64,000 bases of DNA from assembly GCA_038087875.1 (NCBI GenBank), contig CM075987.1, positions 18,726,001-18,790,000 of the forward strand, written 5' to 3'. Made by a program: the position numbers and the translations under genes. Below, in pieces: positions 12,383 through 24,300 of the stretch. The notes beneath the pieces are model-generated. The model made no database searches. It saw nothing but the letters and a program-made list of their open reading frames with translations, and had not been told where the DNA came from. This DNA comes from Malacoraja senta (Eukaryota). Positions within the stretch are counted from its first letter, which is position 1; each line of letters begins with the position of its first letter.

Positions 12383-13984
12383 CAGTGGCTTGCAAAAGTA
12401 TTCATACCCCTTGAACTTTTCCACATTTTGTCACGTTACAACCACAAATGTAAATGTATTTTATTGGGATTTTATGTGATAGACCAACACAAAGTGGTGC
12501 ATAATTGTGAAGTGGAAGGAAAATGATACATGGTTTTCAAATTTTTTTACAAATAAAAAACGGAAAAGTATTCAGCCCCCCTGAGTCAATACTTTGTAGA
12601 ACCACCTTTCGCTGCAATTACAGCTGCAAGTCTTTTGGGGTATGTCTCTACCAGCTTTGCACATCTAGAGACTGAAATTTTTGCCCATTCTTCTTTGCAA
12701 AATAGCTCAAGCTCAGTCAGATTGGATGGAGAGCGTCTGTGAACAGCAATTTTCATGTCTTGCCAGAGATTCTCAATTGGATTTAGGTCTGGACTTTGAC
12801 TGGGCCATTCTAACACATGAATATGCTTTGATCTAAACCATTCCATTGTAGCTCTGGCTGTATGTTTAGGGTCGTTGTCCTGCTGGAAGGTGAACCTCCG
12901 CCCCAGTCTCAAGTCTTTTGCAGACTCTTAACAGGTTTTCTTCCAAGATTGCCCTGTATTTGGCTCCATCCATCTTCCCATCAACTCTGACCAGCTTCCC
13001 TGTCCCTGCTGAAGAAAAGCATCCCCACAGCATGATGCTGCCACCACCATGTTTCACAGTGGGGATGGTGTGTTCAGGGTGATGTGCAGTGTTAGGTTTC
13101 CGCCACACATAGCGTTTTGCATTTAGGCCAAAAACTTCAATTTTGGTCTCATCTGACCAGAGCACCTTCCTCCACATGTTTGCTGTGTCCCCCACATGGC
13201 TTGCAGCAAACTGCAAACAGGACTTCTTCTGGCTTTTTTTCAACAATGGCTTTCTTCTTGCCACTCTTCCATAAAGGCCCAATTTGTGGAGTGCACGATT
13301 AATAGTTGTCCTGTGGACAGATTCTCCCACCAGAGCTGTGGATCTCTGCAGCTCCTCCAGAGTTACCATGGGCCTCTTGGCTGCTTCTCTGATCAATGCT
13401 CTCCTTGCCCGGCCTGTCAGTTTAGGTGGACGGCCATGTCTTGGTAGGTTTGCAGTTGTGCCATACTCTTTCCATTTTCGGATGATGGATTGAACAGTGC
13501 TCCGTGAGATGTTCAAAGCTTGGGATATTTGTTTATAACCTAACCCTGCTTTAAACTTCTCCACAACTTTATCCCTGACCTGTCTGGTGTGTTCCTTGGG
13601 CTTCATGATGCTGTTTGTTCACTAATGTTCTCCAACAAACCTCTGAGGCCTTCACAGAACAGCTGTATTTATACTGAGATTAGATTACACACAAGTGGAC
13701 TCTATTTACTAATTAGGTGACTTCTGAAGGCAATTGGTTGCACTGGATTTTATTTAGGGGTATCAGAGTAAAGGGGCTGAATACTTTTGCACACAACACT
13801 TTTCAGTTTTTTATTTGTAAAAAAATTTGAAAACCATGTATCATTTTCCTTCCACTTCACAATTATGCGCCACTTTGTGTTGGTCTATCACATAAAATCC
13901 CAATAAAATACATTTACGTTTGTAGTTGTAACATGACAAAATGTGGAAAAGTTCAAGGGGTATGAATACTTTTGCAAGCCACTG
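12383..13984 (-). mobile_element. Full-length Tc1 (Passport/Eagle/Glan-like) DNA transposon
   Basis: ~200 bp TIRs starting CAGTGGCTTGCAAAAGTATTCA, TA TSDs, transposase inside; inserted in a CR1 RT region. Confidence 0.95.
12586..13606 (-). pseudogene. Tc1 DD34E transposase with a single 1-nt frameshift near 12928
   Basis: Two overlapping ORFs carry [19 protein letters not shown] and [11 protein letters not shown]; 34 residues lie between the second D and E. Removing one base gives 339 aa. Confidence 0.92.
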
Positions 13985-16439
13985 TATATCACAAATAGCA
14001 CAGGTCCCAGCACAGATCCCTGCAAAACTCCACTGGTCACAAACCTCCAGCTAGAATATCTGCCTTCCACCGCAACCTTGTCATCTATGACTAAGCCCGT
14101 TCCAAATCCATATGACCAAGTCATTGTGAATCCGGTACATCTTAACCTACTGGATAAATCTATCGTGAGGGATCTTATCAGAAGCCTTACTAAAGTCCAT
14201 GCATACAACATTCACCACCCAACCTTCATCAATCTCCTTTGTCACTCCTCAAAAACCTCAGTCAAGTTAGTAAGACATGACCTGTCATGTAAAATGCTGG
14301 CTACTCCCAATTAGTCCATTCTCTTCCAAACGGGATAAATCCTATCTCGAAGAATTCTCTGAAATAGTTTCCTAACACTGACATGAGACTAACTGGCCTA
14401 CAGTTCACTGGATTCTCTCTATTTCCTTCCAAAGGATGAACATTGGCCACTCACCAGGCCTCCGGGACCTCGCCTCTGGCTAAAGAAACAAAGATCCTCG
14501 TCAAGGCACCTGCAATCTCCTCTCGTGCCTCCCTCAATAACATGGGATAAATACAATCAGGCTCTGGGGACATCCATCTTAGTGTTCTTCAAGAGCCTCA
14601 GCACCCCTCTTTCTCATTCTCAAACTGCCTTAGCATATTTGTATTCTCCACACTGACCTCGCTGTCCTCCACGACTTTCTCCTTGGTGAATACAGATGCA
14701 GAGGACTCATTTAGTACCTCATCCACATCCTTCAACTTCAAGCATAGATTCCCCCTTTTATCTTTTAGTGGTGCTGCCTTCTCCATGGTAACCGTCTTAT
14801 TTTTAACGTACGTATAAAAAGCCTTAGTGACAGACCACAGAGATGAGCAAAAACAAAAACCCTCAAGTAACTTGACTTTATATTTTTACTGCTTCTGACG
14901 ATTTTGTTTTTAGGGTGGGCACCATTTACTGTCCAACTCTTATTTCCCCCCAATACGAGTTATTTTACAGGCCATTCCAGAGGGCAGTCAGGAGTCAATC
15001 ATATTGGATTGGAAGGATCAAATCTCATGGCTAGAAAGGGTTAAATGGGCTATGGGCCAAAGGCAAACAAATGCGACAAGCTCAGTCTGCCAACTTGGTT
15101 GGCATGGACAAGGTGGGCCAAAGGACTGTATTCCATGTTGTACAGCCCCTTGACTCTATTGGTGTGTCTGGAATCAAATTCGGTTAGACTATATTAAAGA
15201 GAGATTTCCTTCCCTGGGAAGTACTCGAGTGTATCAGATGGAATTTGCACAATCTAGTGGTGCCTTTGTGATATTAGTTTTTTATTCTTAACGTTTCAAT
15301 TAAATTTAAATCCTCAGCTGCCATGCCTCCAGATCAACAGCGTGGATTTGCTCCACTAATATAAAGCACTGAAGTCGAAGAAACTCTGGAAAAGAACTTC
15401 AAATTACATTTAATAACAGATAAAGAAATAAACCAAGGGTGATGGGGTGGAGATGTGAAAGGACAGATTGAACTAGCCAAATAACCTTGGAACGGTCCAC
15501 GGGCAGCAAACAAGATACTCTGGAATTCAGGCAGCTGCAGCTCCTGCAACCGCGGATGGATGAGCTGCAATAAAGTAAACAGCCTTCCTCAGTTGTTTTT
15601 GAAGAGACCCCAGTGCAATTTAGTGTCAATAAAATACTATATCAATCATACTGCACAGCATTTCACCAAGACGAGTGTAAATCTAAAGATCAACTGATTC
15701 CATCAGAACACTATTAGGAAAGGTAGGCAGAAATCTGAGTGAACAGCATTGATTATTATACATTTATCTGCGTGTTGTTGTGTTAAGCTGCCTGTTATGC
15801 TGCTGCAAGTAAGAATTTCATTGTTCCTTTGCAGGTACTTAAAATAATTAAACACCCTTGGAATTGCATTTATCTTTCGACTGGCCTTCAAAGGTACCTG
15901 GTATTATCTGCAAAATAACAGAATGGGCAAGACAACCCATTCAATATTTTGCAAAGTAGACATATAACATTTGAATGGTCAGAATAACCTTCACTTAAGT
16001 ATTGCACCATGCATTAATTTTTACCAAAGTCACCAATGATCTGATGCACTTCAAGTTAGGAGATGAGATAAAACTGTTTATCATGAATCAATTGGCAATC
16101 TTTCTATCAGAAGAGATATAATTATCTCAAAGCAGCTGTATATAGGACAATCATTTGAAAGCAAACTGCTTAAGATGACCCAAATTAATTTGGTCAGGGT
16201 AGAGGTAACTGACCCAATTTAGGATAGATTACAAAAGACAGTGTGTTGTGATTCTTTGTAATTCTTCAAACTTCCACAAATCCTGAGCTCACAAAGTTGA
16301 CAAGTTGAGTGGATTTAATCTTAGATTTGGAGCATCAAACTTCAATGCAAATTTGTATAATAAATACTTTATAAAAAGAGTATGATAGAATAAAATATTT
16401 AGATACTGAATGAGGTGGTTCATCAAGATCGCCACACAC

Positions 16440-17050
16440 CTTTTTTTAGAGATTGAGAACCTCTTAACCTGGTGCCAAGAGAACAACCTCTTCCTCAATG
16501 TCAGCAAGACAAAAGAGACTGTGATTGACTTCAGGAAGCAAAGCAGTACACACACCGCCAGTATACACTGATGGTGCTGAAGTAGAGATGGTCAAAAGCT
16601 TCATGTTCCTCGGAATAAATATCACCATCAATTTGTCCTGGTCCAGCTACATCGGAGCTATGGCTAAGAAAGAACACCAACACCTCTACTTCATTAGAAG
16701 GCTTAGGAAATTGAGCATGTCCCCAACAACTTCTACAGATGCGCCATAGGAAACATTTTATCAGGATACATTACAGCCTGGTTTGGGAACAGCTCCATCC
16801 AAAACCACAGGAAATTACAGAGAGTTGTGGGCATAGTCCAGACCATCAACCACCCATCTACGTTATTGGAGACCTATTAACTAACTTTAATTGGACTTTA
16901 TTTAACACTAAATGTTGTACCCTTTATCCTTTATCTGTACACCTTAGATGACTTGATTGTAATCATGTATAGTCTTTTCCTTGACTGGATAACACGCAAA
17001 TAAAAGCTTTTCACTGTACCTTGGTACACATGATAATAAACTAAACTAAA
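16440..17050 (+). mobile_element. Rex1/Babar-type LINE 3' fragment
   Basis: Decayed RT C-terminus (LNVSKTKETVIDFR, FLGINIT..LSWS, HLYFIRRLRK) and an AATAAA-(ctaaa)n tail. Confidence 0.7.
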
Positions 17051-18304
17051 GTTACATTTAAAAGAAAAATATTCCAGATTTATATTTTCAGAACTGAATT
17101 CAATCCCAGCAATGAGGCAAATAAATGCAGATAAAGTCAAAATAAAGATTTTCATTAATGGCCATCTCGATTATGCATTTAGTAACTTGTGGAAGGAAGA
17201 AATGGTGAGGATGGACAATACCAGCAAATCTAGCCGGGTCATATTTGGTTTCATTCCAAGAGAATATAGTGCTGGAAACTTCACTAGTCCTTGTATAAAA
17301 ATGTATTGCTATATACAACAAGGTGAGTGGCCTGGAGTTAACAAGTGAATGGATCAGTAAAATGTCATCATACAACACAAGGAAGTCAAGAGTATTTGTC
17401 AGTTATTTAAAAGCACAGTGAGTTTTACTGCACTGCTCTTTCACCACATTCCTGTTAATTTTAGCTTCTTATTATTCTTATTAATTCCCCTTTGAGTGTA
17501 ACTGTTGAATCTGCTTTGCGATACCAGAACATAAATGTCGCACGAATCAAAAATCCAGTCGGTGTCTTTAATGAAATTAGGTTGGGAGGGCTCCGACTCA
17601 TTAGTTTTCACCTTCTCCAGTCGCTGGCTGATGAGAGCAATTGTAGCTACCTTGCCTCCCAAGTTTTAAGATCAGATAATTTAATTTGAATGAGGGACAG
17701 GGAATACCTTCCAAGTTATTGCAACTTAATTCCAGACCGAGTAGAGGTCTCCAATGATCAATAAAGTCCATGACCTCAGCTCCATTTTCCTTACACCTCG
17801 CATTCCTTGATCCCCTTAAGAATCCAAATTGTTCAACCCTCAATCCAAAATGACTCTGCATTCATGGACCCCACCTCCCATCAACCGTATAAAACTCAAA
17901 AGATTCACAACTCTGGGTGAAAAAATGGTCTGTCCATTCCCACCATAGATGCTACATGACCTGCTGAGCTCCTCCAGTACTTTGAGTTTCGCCCTAAACA
18001 CTTGACCTTTTGACTAAAGTCCCCAATTCCAGACTCTCGAGCCAGAGGATACTGGCCTGCACCATCTACCTCATCTTGCCCCCTCAGGTTCTTGTGGGTT
18101 CCAACACAATTACCCCTCATGATTACCCTTCAAAACTCCAGAAAGCAGAAGCTAGTTTACCTTTCTTCATTGAGTAACTCCCTCAGCCCAGGGATTAATC
18201 TAGTCCAGCACTACTCCACCATTTCTAAAGCAGGTATATTCTTCCTTATGTACAGAGACAAATATAGTACACTGTACTTTGAATGTGTACAACTGCAATA
18301 AGAC

Positions 18305-18310
18305 TTTATT
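18305..18310 (-). terminator. Possible TMEM250 polyadenylation signal
   Basis: AATAAA on the minus strand about 235 nt after the stop; the true 3' end is unknown. Confidence 0.35.
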
Positions 18311-18544
18311 GCTCCTGTACTTTTACTGTGGGCTTGTGCGATTCCATATCAGGCCGAGGCTTAGATACCAGGGACGAGGAGGGTGGGTGGGAAAAGAAAC
18401 AAAGAAACGATCGTTGGTTCACATAATTTAACTTAGCAAGATCTTGTTTTAAATAAAAATCAAATAAATCTTTTTGCATGATTGTAAACAATATATTTTA
18501 CATTATAATGCACAAAACTGTTTTCTTTTCACATGCACTCTTAT

Positions 18545-18961
18545 TTACATATCAACAAACACCATAAAACACCAGCCCAGTCCTCCAACTAGCAGCATTG
18601 TCACATGGATCCCATAGATAAAGAGTTCATTCATGGTGTTAAAGTCAACACGCCTACGCCCCAGCAACAGAAGCACTATGGACAGCTTGTATTGAAAGCG
18701 CAAGGACACACGTATAGAGAAGTACTGGATGCAGAACAGGATAGAGAGTGCCACCCAGAGTATGGATGTAAAAAGACTGCAGCTGAAGTACAGCAGGAAG
18801 CGGATGAAGCTAAACAGCCACCGTGGTTTCAAGTAAAGGTCGAAGTTGTATTTGGTCCGGACAAGGTGCGCCGTCCGAACAGGGCCACATGTCGAGTGTA
18901 GACATGTAGAATGGGGGCCGTGGAATGAACGCACCCGCCGGGGGATTGGGATTAAAGGCAT
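18545..18961 (-). CDS. TMEM250: Transmembrane protein 250 (C9orf69 orthologue), 138 aa, single coding exon
   Basis: Translation MPLIPIPRRVRSFHGPHSTCLHSTCGPVR...VGGLGWCFMVFVDM closely matches recalled human TMEM250 (MPVMPIPRRVRSFHGPHTTCLHAACGPVR...GGLGWCFMVFVDM). ATG at 18961; the ORF track's TTG start at 19033 lies in the 5' UTR. Confidence 0.96.
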   Translation of the reverse strand: MPLIPIPRRVRSFHGPHSTCLHSTCGPVRTAHLVRTKYNFDLYLKPRWLFSFIRFLLYFSCSLFTSILWVALSILFCIQYFSIRVSLRFQYKLSIVLLLLGRRRVDFNTMNELFIYGIHVTMLLVGGLGWCFMVFVDM

Positions 18962-19084
18962 CAAGGCAGCTTGCTGCAATGTTCTCTCGGTGACAAGAGT
19001 CCCAGAAAAAGTGGCTTTGCAAACAGCAAACAAATCATCGTCCGTTAGTGGTCAACAGCTCCTCACTGTTTCCTTTCCAAAGGT

Positions 19085-19110
19085 CTGCAAAAGAGAAACA
19101 AAAAAAGTGT
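19085..19110 (-). other. TMEM250: Splice acceptor of the TMEM250 coding exon
   Basis: Minus strand reads cactttttttgtttctcttttgcAG|acc: polypyrimidine tract plus AG about 120 nt upstream of the ATG. Confidence 0.75.
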
Positions 19111-19689
19111 TAAAATGCATCAAAACAAGTAACACAGGAACACTTAAATTCTACCAAAAAAAAATCTACAGAGTGCTGGTGAAACTCAGCAAGTCAGGCA
19201 GCATCTCTGGAAGACATGGATAGATTACGTTTTCAGGTCAGGACCATTCTTCAGAATCCTTTACTTTGTGTGTTTTTTTTGTAAACCAGCACCTGCAGTT
19301 CCTTGTGTCCACTTATATTCCACCAGTCTCAGTCTGAGCATTTTGGTTTATGCTGGGACATTTTTAGACTTTACTTTGGAGATAGTGTGGCAACAGGCCC
19401 TTTGGCCCACCGAGTCCACTGTCCAGTGATCACACTAGGACTATCATACACACTATGGACAATTACAAAACCCAATTAACCTACAAACCTGTATGTCTTT
19501 GGAATGTGGAAGGAAACCGGAGCTCCCAGAGAAAACCCACACGGTCACAGGGTCTGAAGAAGGGTATGTTTTCCCTGCGACTGTAGATAGACACAAAAGG
19601 TTGGAGTAACTCAGCGGGACAGGCAGCATCTCTGGAGAGAAGGAATGGGTGACGTTTCAGGTCATATTAGAACAGTTGGTGAACATTGC

Positions 19690-21392
19690 ATCTAGGAGCT
19701 GAAAGGGCTGAAGGCGGATAAGTCACCTGGGCCGGATGGGCTGCACCGTAGGGTTCTGAAAGAGGTGGCTTTAGAGATTGTGGAGGCATGACAGTGATAT
19801 TTCAGGAATCACTAGTCAGGAGTGATCCCAGATGATTGGAAAATTGCCAATATTACCCTGCTGCACAAAAAGGGAGCAAGGCAGAATAGTGGGAACTATA
19901 GTCTGACTTCGGTGGTTGGTAAGATTTTACAGTGCATTAAGGAAGTATTCAGACCCCTTCACTTTTTCCACATTTTGTTACGTTACAGCCTTATTCTAAA
20001 ATGGATTAAATTCTTTTTTTGTATCATCAATCTACACACAATACCCCATAATAAAATAGGCCAAAGTCAGCATGGTTTTGTGAAGGGGAGGTCTTGCTTG
20101 ACAAATTTGCTGGAATTCTTTGAAGAAGTAAATAGCAGGACAGACAAAGGAGAGTCAGTAGATGCTGTTTACTTAGATTTTCAGAAGGCCTTTGATAAGG
20201 TTCCACACATTAGGCTGCTTAGGAAGATGAGAGCCCACGGTATCAAAGGGCAGATGACGCTACAAGCTTGGCACACCTGTATTTGGGTAATTTCTCCCAT
20301 TCTTCTCTGCAGAAGAGCAGGTTGGCTGGATGGCAGAAGACAAAAAGTGGCAATAAAGGGGGCATTTTCTGGTTGGCTGCCAGTGACTAGTGGAGTTCCT
20401 CAAGGGACGGTATTGGGGCTGCTACTCTTCACGTTGTATATTAATGATTTGGACAAGGGGATTGAAGGCTTTGTGGGAAAGTTTGCGAATGATACGAAAA
20501 TAGGTGAAGGGGCACATGGTGTAGAGAAAACAGGGACTCTGCAGAAGGACTTGGACAGGATGGTAAAGTAGGCAGAGAAATGGCAGATGGAATATAGTGA
20601 AGCAAAGTGTGGAGTCATGCATTTTGGTAGTAGGAATAAAGGTGTAGACTATTTTCTAAATGGGGTGAGAATCCAGAAATCGGAGGTGCAAAGGGACTTG
20701 GGAGTGAGTGCTGGTGCAGGATTTCCAAAAATTTAATCTGCCAGTCGAATCAGTAGTAAAGAAAGCAAACTGAATGCTAGCATTTATTTCAAGACGGCTT
20801 GTAAACAAAAACAAGGATATAATGTTGAGGCTGGCAAGGCCACATTTGGAATATTGTGTGCAATTGTGGACACCATATCTGAGGAAGGATGTGCTGGCTC
20901 TGGAGAGGGTTCAGAGGAGGTTTACAAGAATGATCCCAGGAATGAGTAGGTTAACCTATGATGAGCGTTTGTCGGCACTGGGCCTGTACTCACTGGAGTT
21001 TAGAAGAATGAGGGGGGACCTCATTGAAACATACAGAATAGTGAAATGCTTGGATAGTGGATGTGGAGAGGATATTTCCACTAGTGGGAGAGTCTAGAAT
21101 AAAGGTCATAACCTCAGAATTAAAGGACGTTCTTTCAGGAAGGAGATGAGGAGAAATGTCTTTAATCAGAGAGTGGTGAATCTGAGGAATTCTTTGCCAC
21201 AGACGGCTGTGGAGGCCAAGCCAGTGGATATTTTTAAGGCAGATATAGATAGATTCTTGATTAGTACAGGCGTCAGAGGTTATGGGGAGAAGGCAGGAGA
21301 ATGGGGTTAGGAAGGAGAGATAGATGAATGAATGGCGGAGTAGACATGATGAGCCGAATGGCCAAATCCTACTCCTATTCCTTATGACCTAT
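19690..21392 (+). mobile_element. CR1 LINE in TMEM250 intron 1, containing two Tc1-derived patches
   Basis: PDDWKIANI, QHGFVKGRSCLTNLLEFF, YLDFQKAFDKVPH, GVPQGTVLG motifs; CR1 3' UTR ending near 21390. Confidence 0.9.
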
Positions 21393-24300
21393 ATATCATA
21401 ACATTTAACTCCTGGAATCAAATTTGGTCTCTTAAAGAATACTGCTATGTTGCATACATTCCAATTCAGGCAAAAAGTGAACTGAAGATAAAAGTCAGAT
21501 TTTGTCTGACCATATTGTACTCAAAATATATGTATTTATTTCTGCCTTTAGTTTAGAAAATAAAAACCTTTGTGCAGGAGTCACATGGAATGGAATCCTC
21601 CTCTAAAACTGGCACCCAGTCTTCGAGGAGGATTCTTGACAAGATAAAAAACATGGTCAAATCTGTTTTACATGTAGGAGGAGGAATTTAAAATATTATT
21701 TTAAACAAAAGTAATAATTGACTTTAAAATTAGTTGCAGTTTTGAAATATTTATCTGAAGCAATGACAATGTTTGCAAGTACGATTTATCCATTATATCA
21801 AAAAAGTTTTAAGGCAATGATTTATGAATCAACGGGCTCGTAAAACCTCAGTAATGCCTCAATCAAAATTCTCAGTGGGAATAGCTTACAAAATCCTGAA
21901 TTCTTCATCATATTTATGAACAAAATCATGTAAAAAGTAATGAAACGGCACTAGTCAGTACAAGAGGGGAGAAAAATACATCACTGAACGCAACTTGAGG
22001 ACTTTCTCCTTTAACTGCAGACATCTGATCTCCAGAAGATGCTGTCAGTTTCAATGTGCAATTATGGCATATGCTGACAATCACCATCACTGCAAAATTC
22101 AGGTTATTAAATAAAGTGGCTCATATCTGCTATGACACGATGCCATCCCAAGCACTGGCATCTGTCCAGTGATGTAGCACAAACATTAACTTCCTTATCA
22201 TGGTTTCTAGAGGGAGGAGAGCATCAGTTGAACATAATTACACATAAACACAAAACCTCACTGCAGAATAAAACTGTAGGCTTTGAATCAAATAATTTGT
22301 GATTAATTTCTCGCTTAGTACAAGGAAAGTTTTCCAGCAGTACTCTCTATAATAGGTAATTTATCTTATTAAAATTATTCCTTCATCAAAGGGAAGTAGA
22401 TAATCATCAATAATGGGAAATAGCTGGATTAATATACTATTTGCATAGCTTCAGAGAATGCCAAAGTATTTTAGAATAAATTGATTGCTTTAGCAGTGTA
22501 TTCATTGGTAACCACTATCAGTAATAATAATAACAGGAAATTCTGGAATCCTTTAGCGTGTTACGCAGCATTTATGGAGATAAAATATAAACAGAATTTA
22601 AAACTTATGGAGTGACAACTGCTGTATCTGTCACTGGACTAGATCCAGTTATATTGTCTGATCTTACTGGGACTTCCAGCAAAACGGGAGACGGATCAGT
22701 GAGGGTGGAGGGGGGAAAGAGGGATGGTCTAAACAAAAATCACTGCTCCAATCCTCAACCAGGCCAGACATGGCAACACCTTCATGTGAATGAGCAGTCA
22801 CGCTGCAGAATGGGAAGGCAAGTTTTGTTTTGAAGAAACTTTTAGAAGAATGGTTCCTGAATTTTTTTAATGTATGATCAACAAATATTTTCTGAAAATA
22901 ACTATTGACATTGATGTAATCCATTTATTTAAAAATTGTTGTAAAGCTTCACCATTTTGTTTGAAACCTATCACTACTCTAGACTTCTAACAAAGGCTGT
23001 CAGATATTCTGGTTAAGGGCCTCTGGACTACACCTGATGCTAAGGCACCATTTGCACTTCGCACCACTGAAACGGGCTCTCTGCATCCAGGTAAGGTCAG
23101 GTGGGTTGGCTCCATGTATTTGTTCTAGTCAAGACTGTTCCGAAGTTGATTGCCGTACTCTACATTTACTGTGCTTCATTTCATTACAATCATGAGTTAA
23201 AACTAAATATTAGTTTTATATAATGATATTAGCATTGCAGTACAAATGTACCAGTTTCAATGCTTTCAACATATCTTTTACAGATCATGGAATAAGTTAC
23301 ATGTTGTCAGTCAATGAGGTGGAGGTGGGACAGGGAATGGGACACACACTCAGCAGCTTTCCTCTCAACAAACAAAATAGAATTGCTCAACAGTCTAATT
23401 AAACTGTGCAGCACAACAGCCTAAAAAGTCTGTTTTATGTAAGCATGACTCCTGAGCAATAACATCACCCAAGTAAAGCAGGTGTTTTTTTTCCATAGCA
23501 AAATGCAGTGATGGCCATGTACATAAAATGAACAATGTACAAGGAATGAACAGTCTTCCAGCTTTCTTTTCCCCACCCCTGCAATCAGTGTGAAGAAGGG
23601 TCCTGATCCGAAAAGTCATTTATCCATGTTCTCCAAGGATGCTGCCTGACCAGCTGAGTTGCTCCAGCATTTTGTGTTGTTACATGGAATCAATTCCAGT
23701 CACTTCCAGCACAACTAAAGGAAGAATTACACCATTGTCTCCAATCTGACTGAAAGAACAGGCAATATTTCAAGGACTTACATTCCTAAATATAGTCCTT
23801 TTTTGTGTACAAAAAGATGCCAGTACACATATCGCTCCTTGCTGTTGCTGTCTATGGTGGATTGTTGTCCAATAAGCTGCTTAAACGCAAATGCCTAATT
23901 TTACTTAAAAATATTAATCAATTTTATCTTTTTTAACTTTAGTGATCTTTACGTAGTATTGAAATTCTAAACATTTGCAATTCTAGTTTTAAACGTTTTA
24001 GAAGTACCGTTACAAAAAAAGCACTGTCTAAAAAAACAAAAGTCTAATTTCAATATGATTTGCATTGCAAATACAATATTTGCAGATCAGGTGAGAAGGT
24101 CAAAACTAGAAATGAGTGATTTCTTCTGTACTATCTAACCACCACATTCCCCTTGGTGATTCTTGACATTGCGAACAGGGAACAGGGGCAGGCTGCACCG
24201 GGAGCCAAAAGTAGGGCATATGCCAGAAAGGCATCTCCCATTTACAGGCCAGAGAACAAAATGCAAAATGTAACCAGAGAATACTAATACTAAGAGCAGC

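Larger units (their letters stand above)
11830..14830 (-). mobile_element. Old CR1 LINE split by the Tc1 insertion
   Basis: Minus-strand translations GSVLGPVLFVIY and APLKDKRGNLCL...EVLNE..ASVFTKE; its 3' end fragment lies at ~11325-11545. Confidence 0.8.

Noticed and set aside
18962..19033. 24-aa N-terminal extension of TMEM250 in the ORF track
   Set aside because: Starts at TTG; homology to recalled human TMEM250 begins at the ATG at 18961.
18605..19223. Plus-strand ORFs (98 and 125 aa) overlapping TMEM250
   Set aside because: Antisense shadows of the real CDS with no recognisable protein.
19822..20571. 249-aa RT ORF as a domesticated gene
   Set aside because: Catalytic motif altered (FAND), premature stop and foreign patches; a decayed CR1.
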